Below, in pieces: positions 57,666-64,000 of a DNA stretch of 64,000 bases (positions are counted from its first letter, which is position 1; each line of letters opens with the position of its first letter). Source of the DNA: Macrostomum lignano (lineage: Eukaryota); contig NIVC01001580.1 in NCBI GenBank assembly GCA_002269645.1, forward strand, positions 62,001 through 126,000, read 5' to 3'. The notes beneath the pieces were generated by a model that ran no database searches, was not told the DNA's origin, and was given only the letters and a program-made list of their open reading frames with translations. The translations under genes and the position numbers were made by a program.

Positions 57666-60435
57666 TTTCTCGTTTAAGCTGATAAATCTAAACCAACTTT
57701 AAGCGTTTATCAAAAACATTGGTTTGGCGAATTATATGTATATCTAGACTCTTTGGTACTTCTCGTGTGGTAAGTTAATCGGCAAAAATACTTCGTACAT
57801 TGCTTTTGCAGGGGCATACTCAAAAATTTTTATATAAGGGCCTCGTACATAAAGGGGCGCCAACATTCTGTAAGACCAGAATTGCGAGAGAAATACACAC
57901 TCAAAGGCCAAAGTTAGTCGATATATATATTTGTCACGCACGAAGTATTCATGTACATGTAATCGATATTGACGCAGGTAAATAAAAGCGTGCCCAACCC
58001 CCCCCCCAGCGCCGGCCAACCCCAAAACAGCCAACACAAAACTCACAATTCGAATGCTTGGTGTCTCGGTGGGCGCCCTGCTGTCTGTTGGTGGGCGCCC
58101 TGTCCCTTGTTGGTGCATGGGCACTCCTGTCTCTTAATAGTGGGTCCCCCTGTCTCTTAATAGTGGGTCCCCCTGTCTCTTAATAGTGGGTCCCCTGTCT
58201 CTTAGTGGGCGCCGCTGTCTCTTAGTGGGCGCCCCTGCCTCTTAGTGGCCGCCCCTGTCTCTTAGTGGGCGCCCCTGTCTCTTAGTGGCCGCCCCTGTCT
58301 CTTAGTGGCCGCCCCTGTCTCTTAGTGGCCGCCCCTGTCTCTTAGTGGCCGCCCCTGTCTCTTAGTGGGCGCCCCTGTCTCTTAGTGGGCGCCCCTGTCT
58401 CTTAGTGGCCGCCCCTGTCTCTTAGTGGGCGCCCCTGTCTCTTAGTGGGCGCCGCTGTCTCTTAGTGGGCGCCCCTGTCTCTTAGTAGTGGGCGCCCCTG
58501 TCCCTTGGGTATGGGCACTCCTGTCTCTTAATAGTGGGTCCCCCTGTCTCTTAATAGTGGGTCCCCTGTCTCTTAGTGGGCGCCCCTGTCTCTTAGTGGG
58601 CGCCCCTGTCTCTTAGTGGGCGCCCCTGTCTCTTAGTGGCCGCCCCTGTCTCTTAGTGGGCGCCCCTGTCTCTTAGTGGCCGCCCCTGTCTCTTAGTGGG
58701 CGCCCCTGTCTCTTAGTGGGCGCCGCTGTCTCTTAGTGGGCGCCCCTGCCTCTTAGTGGGCGCCCCTGCCTCTTAGTGGGCGCCCCTGTCTCTTAGTGGG
58801 CGCCCCTGTCTCTTGGTGGCCGCCCCTGTCTCTTAGTGGGCGCCCCTGTCTCTTAGTGGCCGCCCCTGTCTCTTAGTGGGCGCCCCTGTCTCTTAGTGGG
58901 CGCCCCTGTCTTTTAGTGGCCGCCCCTGTCTCTTAGTGGGCGCCCCTGTCTCTTAGTGGGCGCCGCTGTCTCTTAGTGGGCGCCCCTGCCTCTTAGTGGG
59001 CGCCCCTGCCTCTTAGTGGGCGCCCCTGTCTCTTAGTGGGCGCCCCTGTCTCTTGGTGGCCGCCCCTGTCTCTTAGTGGGCGCCCCTGTCTCTTGGTGGC
59101 CGCCCCTGTCTCTTAGTGGGCGCCCCTGTCTCTTAGTGGGCGCCCCTGTCTCTTGGTGGCCGCCCCTGTCTCTTAGTGGGCGCCCCTATCTCTTAGTGGG
59201 CGCCGCTGTCTCTTAGTGGGCGCCCCTGCCTCTTAGTGGGCGCCCCTGTCTCTTAGTGGGCGCCCCTGTCTCTTAGTGGGCGCCGCTGTCTCTTAGTGGG
59301 CGCCCCTGTCTCTTAGTAGTGGGCGCCCCTGTCCCTTGGTGTATGGGCACTCCTGTCTCTTAATAGTGGGTCCCCCTGTCTCTTAATAGTGGGTCCCCTG
59401 TCTCTTAGTGGGCGCCCCTGTCTCTTAGTGGGCGCCCCTGTCTCTTGGTGGCCGCCCCTGTCTCTTAGTGGGCGCCCCTGTCTCTTAGTGGGCGCCCCTG
59501 TCTCTTAGTGGGCGCCCCTGTCTCTTAGTGGCCGCCCCTGTCTCTTAGTGGGCGCCCCTGTCTCTTAGTGGGCGCCCCTGTCTCTTAGTGGCCGCCCCTG
59601 TCTCTTAGTGGGCGCCCCTGTCTCTTAGTGGGCGCCCCTGTCTCTTAGTGGCCGCCCCTGTCTCTTAGTGGGCGCCCCTGTCTCTTAGTGGGCGCCGCTG
59701 TCTCTTAGTGGGCGCCCCTGTCTCTTAGTAGTGGGCGCCCCTGTCCCTTGGGTATGGGCACTCCTGTCTCTTAGTAGTGGGCGCCCCTGTCCCTTGGTGT
59801 ATGGGCACTCCTGTCTCTTAATAGTGGGTCCCCCTGTCTCTTAATAGTGGGTCCCCCTGTCTCTTAATAGTGGGTCCCCCTGTCTCTTAATAGTGGGTCC
59901 CCCTGTCTCTTAATAGTGGGTCCCCCTGTCTCTTAATAGTGGGTCCCCCTGTCTCTTAATAGAGGGTCCCCCTGTCTCTTAATAGTGGGTCCCCCTGTCT
60001 CTTAATAGAGGGTCCCCCTGTCTCTTAATAGTGGGTCCCCCTGTCTCTTAATAGTGGGTCCCCCTGTCTCTTAATAGTGGGTCCCCCTGTCTTTTAATAG
60101 TGGGTCCCCCTGTCTCTTAGTGGGCGCCCCTGTCTCTTAGTGGCCGCCCCTGTCTCTTAGTGGCCGCCCCTGTCTCTTAGTGGGCGCCCCTGTCTCTTAG
60201 TGGCCGCCCCTGTCTCTTAGTGGGCGCCCCTGTCTCTTAGTGGGCGCCCCTGTCCCTTAGTGGGCGCCCCTGTCTCTTAGTGGGCACCCCTGTCTCTTAG
60301 TGGCTGCCCCTGTCTCTTAGTGGGCGCCCCTGTCTCTTAGTGGCCGCCCCTGTCTCTTAGTGGGCGCCCCTGTCTCTTAGTGGGCGCCGCTGTCTCTTAG
60401 TGGACCGTGGTGCCCCTTACTCTGCGTAAGCCACG
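57666..60435. mobile_element. Composite repeat copy 2: shared leader + 2.3-kb 20-bp/23-bp satellite array (58070-60405) + terminal hairpin
   Basis: Leader matches 48628-48741. Units GGGCGCCCCTGTCTCTTAGT (20 bp) and GGGTCCCCCTGTCTCTTAATAGT (23 bp). The array ends in ACCGTGG-TGCCC-CTTAC-TCTGC-GTAAG-CCACGGT. Confidence 0.85.
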
Positions 60436-60643
60436 GTAGTTTAGCTGCCAATGTTTTAAAAGTTCACTACTGAAAGCACGAGTTTTGTAAATACCGTTTC
60501 AGTAGATTATGTACCTTGTGCATGCATTTTAACCAAGTGTAATTCCTAAGCCACTCTGATTCACTCACGAAATAAAAACATCACTTGAATCGCAGGCTGC
60601 GCTGGTCCTACAACTGCATTGTCCTGAGTACCATTTGATCAAT

Positions 60644-63600
60644 ATGACGACTGCAGTCGGTCCGCCTGCAGCAGCGCAGTTACAGAATGAGAAGATCAGA
60701 GGAAGCCTGCTTGTTGAAGCCAAACGAGGCAATTTCGAAGTTTCCATCGAGCACATTAAGCAGGCTTTCAGTTTGGAAAGAGACGAGGAGGGTCGAACTG
60801 CGGCTCACTTTGCCGCCATGAAACCAGGAGGCTTCCGTTTGCTCGAGGAACTGTCTCGCAGTGCAGGACTTTCTTGTCTTGACATGGAAGATGAACACAA
60901 AGCAACTCCGCTTCATTACGCCACCGCAAGCTACTCGCTCGAGCAACTCAAGCAACTCTGGCCGAACGTGCTTCGTTTTTTATGCAGCTACCGGCTCAGA
61001 GACAAATACGGAAACACACTGGCCCATTGTGCCGCTCGGAACTGCAGCCACGAGGAGGTCATTCTAGAAATTTTACGAGCATCAGACGGCAACCAGCGGA
61101 CCAACTGGCCTGTCACAAGAGGATTTATGCTGTGGAAGAATAGCAAAAAACAGACCGTGCTTCACATAGCCATGGAGCACTGCAGTGTAGAGACCGCCAA
61201 GACTTTTCTAAATCATGCATTGGAATCTGATGAACTCGGTGCTCCTAAAAATCTGGTTGATGACGAGGGCGACACTCTCGCTCACTATGCAGCTAGGAAC
61301 CAGCACGTTCATTTGGATGCATATTCAGGGAAACAGCATGACAGCTTTTTCAATTCAGTGGCTCTGGCATGTTGGGGACAAAAGTGCTTGAATTGGAAGA
61401 ATGCCAACGGTCAGTCAGTGATGCAGGCTATCATTAAGTACCTGCCTGACAGCGCAGCAGAACAAATGGCTGACATAGTCTCACTGGAACTGTTTAGACC
61501 CGATAAGTCCGGTAACACGGTTCTGCATTACACTGGGCTGTATGGGAAGCCCAGGACTTTCATGAAAATTATCAGACGGATGATCATGACGCCAGTTGAA
61601 AATTTCGCTGAGAAAATAGCAGAAGATGCCAATAACGACGGCCAGACACCGATACATTTTGCTGCGCAGGACAAAGGCGTTATGGACTTTCTCAAAGAAA
61701 CAAGCGACATCAACTGGTACTCAAGCAAGCAGGACCGATTCGGCAGGAACATGCTGTTTTACGCATGCATGGGCTGGAATTTCGAGTTTCTTCTCGCTAC
61801 TGATGCACCTAAGAAGGACTTTCGAATTTGTGACTTGGAAGGAAACAGCCTACTTCATGCTGTCATGCTCGGCAGTGGAAATAGCGAGTCAATCAAGAAT
61901 TTCAATGCCGCTGTCCAAAAGCTGATCAACAACTTTGGCATCGATCAGAGAGCTGAGAACATTCTGGGACAAAACTGGCTTCAGTGCAGTCGCCTGAATG
62001 AAGACGTTCTTAAAGCCGTGCTATCATCGGCTTCAAAGCATGTCAAAGTGTCACTAAACTTGAACGCTTACAACTCGTCAGGTTTTCATATTCTTCATTT
62101 CTACTCTGGCAGGTATTCTCTAGAGAACATTGTTAACGTATTTAAGACCCAGTTGAACACAAAGTCGTACAAACTTGTAAGAGAGCAGGTCCTGAAAGGC
62201 CCCAGACTCGGCGCCACCTGCCTACACTTTGCTTGTCAAGCTGCTCACAAGAACAACATTGACTTTCTTTTGAAGAAGCGGCTAAGACTTACAGATTTAG
62301 ACAGCGCAGGGCTCACTTGCATTGACTATGCAGTTGAAGCCGGCAAGCTAGAAAGCCTTTTAGAGGCTCTCGAAATCCGCGTAGTTGACGCGCTTCGTTT
62401 TACTGACCCAATCCGATGGTCGCTAGAGCTACCTGACTATGACAGCGCATGTCATGTGCTGTCTGTGGCAGACAATGGATCAACGGTTTCCACTCTGGAG
62501 CAGCAGCTTCTTGTGGTATCAAAACAACAGATGCTTTTTGCAGACGCATTTCGCCAAGCTTGGTACCTAGACTCTTCTGTGGCTTTCAGAAGTGCACTCA
62601 GACTAAATCTTATTAGTCCAGACGCGGAAACAAAGTTCCTCGACTATCTGGTTGAGCAAAGTCGATCAAATCTGCTTCCAGGCTGTCAGCAAACAAATTC
62701 GCAGTCGGAGCTACAAATAGTTGATATCGCCCTAAAAGCTGGCAAGTTCGAGCTTCTACCAGATCTTGTCATCACGAGACAGTTTGACCTGATTCCTGCA
62801 TGCCTGCGTCTGATCATACAGCTGCAAAATCAGCGGGGTGAGACTTGCAGCGGATATGAGCAACTCGAAAACCTATATAAAAGAGTAACAAGAGTTCTCG
62901 TCGTTGTCGTCAACCATCTGTTTGAAAATGCTAGCTGGAGCGAGAAACAGATGCTATTCCGGTACATCCGGGGCAACATTTGTGACGACCAAGCTCAAGC
63001 TGGTGGGCCTCGTTTTCCTGGAGCGAACTGTAGTACTTGTGAAATTTACCACACCGCTACGAGTGTCACCATCATGGATCTGATTGAGGAGGCCGACTGC
63101 GACGAGCTTCTAGCAACAGATTGTCTTCATAGGATGACCAATGATGAATGGCGATCTTCATGCTATGAAAGGCGAGGCCAAGGAACAAGTTCCAGCTCCT
63201 GGATTTATAGCTTCGGACTTGCAATGTTGTTTTATGCGCGTCTAGCCGTCCATGCAGTGTTCCTACTTTACTTTTCGTGGTACACAACTGACTTTGCGCG
63301 GACTTTTAACTCATGGACAATTGACGCGATTTTAACAGCCTTTGCTTCGTTCTTCCTAATTCTACAAGTGATCGATGTTGTCATGGCTTTGATGCCTCAC
63401 ACCTGCCGCAGATGCGGGACCAGCGCCAGACCAAGAAGACTTGGAAGCTGTCCGCCGTACTGCAGAGACTTCTCTAACTTGATAGACTGGTGTGCTCTTA
63501 TTCTACTCTGGTTGGGAATAATTTGGAAGTGGTGCATCTTTCTCAGGCCCACTGATATCACCGTGTACGCTTGTCAAGCCACAATGTCGGCCTCATGTCT

Positions 63601-64000
63601 GTTGTTTGGACTTCGGCTAATTGCTTTCTTGAACTTTTCATCGACAGTAGGACCCATGATAGCTATGATGAAGTGCGTTGTTCTGAAAGACTTTCTGCCT
63701 TTTCTAAGCATCGTTGGAATTATTTTTTACTCATTCGGAGTTTTCTACTTCAACTTGTTGTTTCCTGTGACTACGTCAGTGCAGAGTGAGCTCAGTGCGA
63801 ACACCTACTGGTGGCGAGTGATTCTACAGATAATCACCCTGCCACTTGACCTGCTGTTTACAAAATTTGACCAGATCAACTTCGACACACCGCGTAGCGG
63901 CCTCGACCAATCTGTAGGATCAGTTGCCAACGCGATCGGGCTCTCCTGGTTTCAAAATCTACTCGTGTTTGTCTTTCTCAGCCTGGTAAACATCGTGATG
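60644..64000 (+). CDS. Intronless ankyrin-repeat TRP-type cation channel (>1119 aa, 3' end outside window)
   Basis: Manual translation from ATG 60644 gives 1119 codons without a stop. About 14 ankyrin-like repeats (e.g. EGRTAAHFAA, KATPLHYAT, GNTLAHCAA, KQTVLHIAM, GDTLAHYAA, GNTVLHY, GQTPIHFAA, GATCLHFAC) to ~62360. A TRPM-like linker/pre-S1 follows (TIMDLIEEADCDELLATDCLHRMTNDEW), then hydrophobic S1-S5, S4-S5 linker GPMIAMMKCVVLKDFLPFL, pore region and the start of S6. Confidence 0.88.
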   Translation, partial: MTTAVGPPAAAQLQNEKIRGSLLVEAKRGNFEVSIEHIKQAFSLERDEEGRTAAHFAAMKPGGFRLLEELSRSAGLSCLDMEDEHKATPLHYATASYSLEQLKQLWPNVLRFLCSYRLRDKYGNTLAHCAARNCSHEEVILEILRASDGNQRTNWPVTRGFMLWKNSKKQTVLHIAMEHCSVETAKTFLNHALESDELGAPKNLVDDEGDTLAHYAARNQHVHLDAYSGKQHDSFFNSVALACWGQKCLNWKNANGQSVMQAIIKYLPDSAAEQMADIVSLELFRPDKSGNTVLHYTGLYGKPRTFMKIIRRMIMTPVENFAEKIAEDANNDGQTPIHFAAQDKGVMDFLKETSDINWYSSKQDRFGRNMLFYACMGWNFEFLLATDAPKKDFRICDLEGNSLLHAVMLGSGNSESIKNFNAAVQKLINNFGIDQRAENILGQNWLQCSRLNEDVLKAVLSSASKHVKVSLNLNAYNSSGFHILHFYSGRYSLENIVNVFKTQLNTKSYKLVREQVLKGPRLGATCLHFACQAAHKNNIDFLLKKRLRLTDLDSAGLTCIDYAVEAGKLESLLEALEIRVVDALRFTDPIRWSLELPDYDSACHVLSVADNGSTVSTLEQQLLVVSKQQMLFADAFRQAWYLDSSVAFRSALRLNLISPDAETKFLDYLVEQSRSNLLPGCQQTNSQSELQIVDIALKAGKFELLPDLVITRQFDLIPACLRLIIQLQNQRGETCSGYEQLENLYKRVTRVLVVVVNHLFENASWSEKQMLFRYIRGNICDDQAQAGGPRFPGANCSTCEIYHTATSVTIMDLIEEADCDELLATDCLHRMTNDEWRSSCYERRGQGTSSSSWIYSFGLAMLFYARLAVHAVFLLYFSWYTTDFARTFNSWTIDAILTAFASFFLILQVIDVVMALMPHTCRRCGTSARPRRLGSCPPYCRDFSNLIDWCALILLWLGIIWKWCIFLRPTDITVYACQATMSASCLLFGLRLIAFLNFSSTVGPMIAMMKCVVLKDFLPFLSIVGIIFYSFGVFYFNLLFPVTTSVQSELSANTYWWRVILQIITLPLDLLFTKFDQINFDTPRSGLDQSVGSVANAIGLSWFQNLLVFVFLSLVNIVM

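Noticed and set aside
4803-60405. CRISPR arrays
   Set aside because: All arrays are head-to-tail tandem repeats without unique spacers, in eukaryotic DNA with no cas genes.
60861-63789. Small ORFs listed at 60861, 61626, 63072 and 63571
   Set aside because: Out-of-frame or antisense shadows of the long ankyrin-TRP ORF starting at 60644.

Overview
Eukaryotic (metazoan) genomic DNA with spliceosomal GT-AG introns, interstitial TTAGGG and very dense minisatellites. The style suggests a free-living flatworm such as Macrostomum, but that is inference only. Genes built by hand with phase-compatible splice sites: a secreted PAN/Apple + C-type lectin (+, 1773-3000), a six-exon orphan candidate (-, 3533-7733), a Lipase_2/EstA-family lipase (-, 10707-13724), a small single-pass membrane protein with two PPxY motifs (+, 15481-18149), SMARCAD1 (+, 10 exons, 25386-39492), a UCP5/KMCP1-type mitochondrial carrier (-, 5 exons, 40918-47934), a degenerate M13/neprilysin-like pseudogene (+, ~53961-56061) and an intronless ORF running off the right end (60644->64000) with ~14 ankyrin repeats fused to a TRPM-like linker and TRP pore; the ORF track misses it because it has no stop in the window. 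Mobile DNA: a DIRS/Ngaro tyrosine recombinase, a complete hAT element with TIRs and 8-bp TSD, a hAT-type MITE, two tRNA-derived SINE families, a Gypsy RT fragment, a decayed APE-RT LINE and a palindromic TTAGGG-centred repeat element. Main leads: the ankyrin/TRPM chimeric channel; sharply CpG-depleted 5' gene-body domains in both housekeeping genes; a ubiquitin-tail-like RLRGG motif and a 105-aa insertion in the LINE endonuclease; and a different private minisatellite in nearly every intron. All counts and alignments are by eye.
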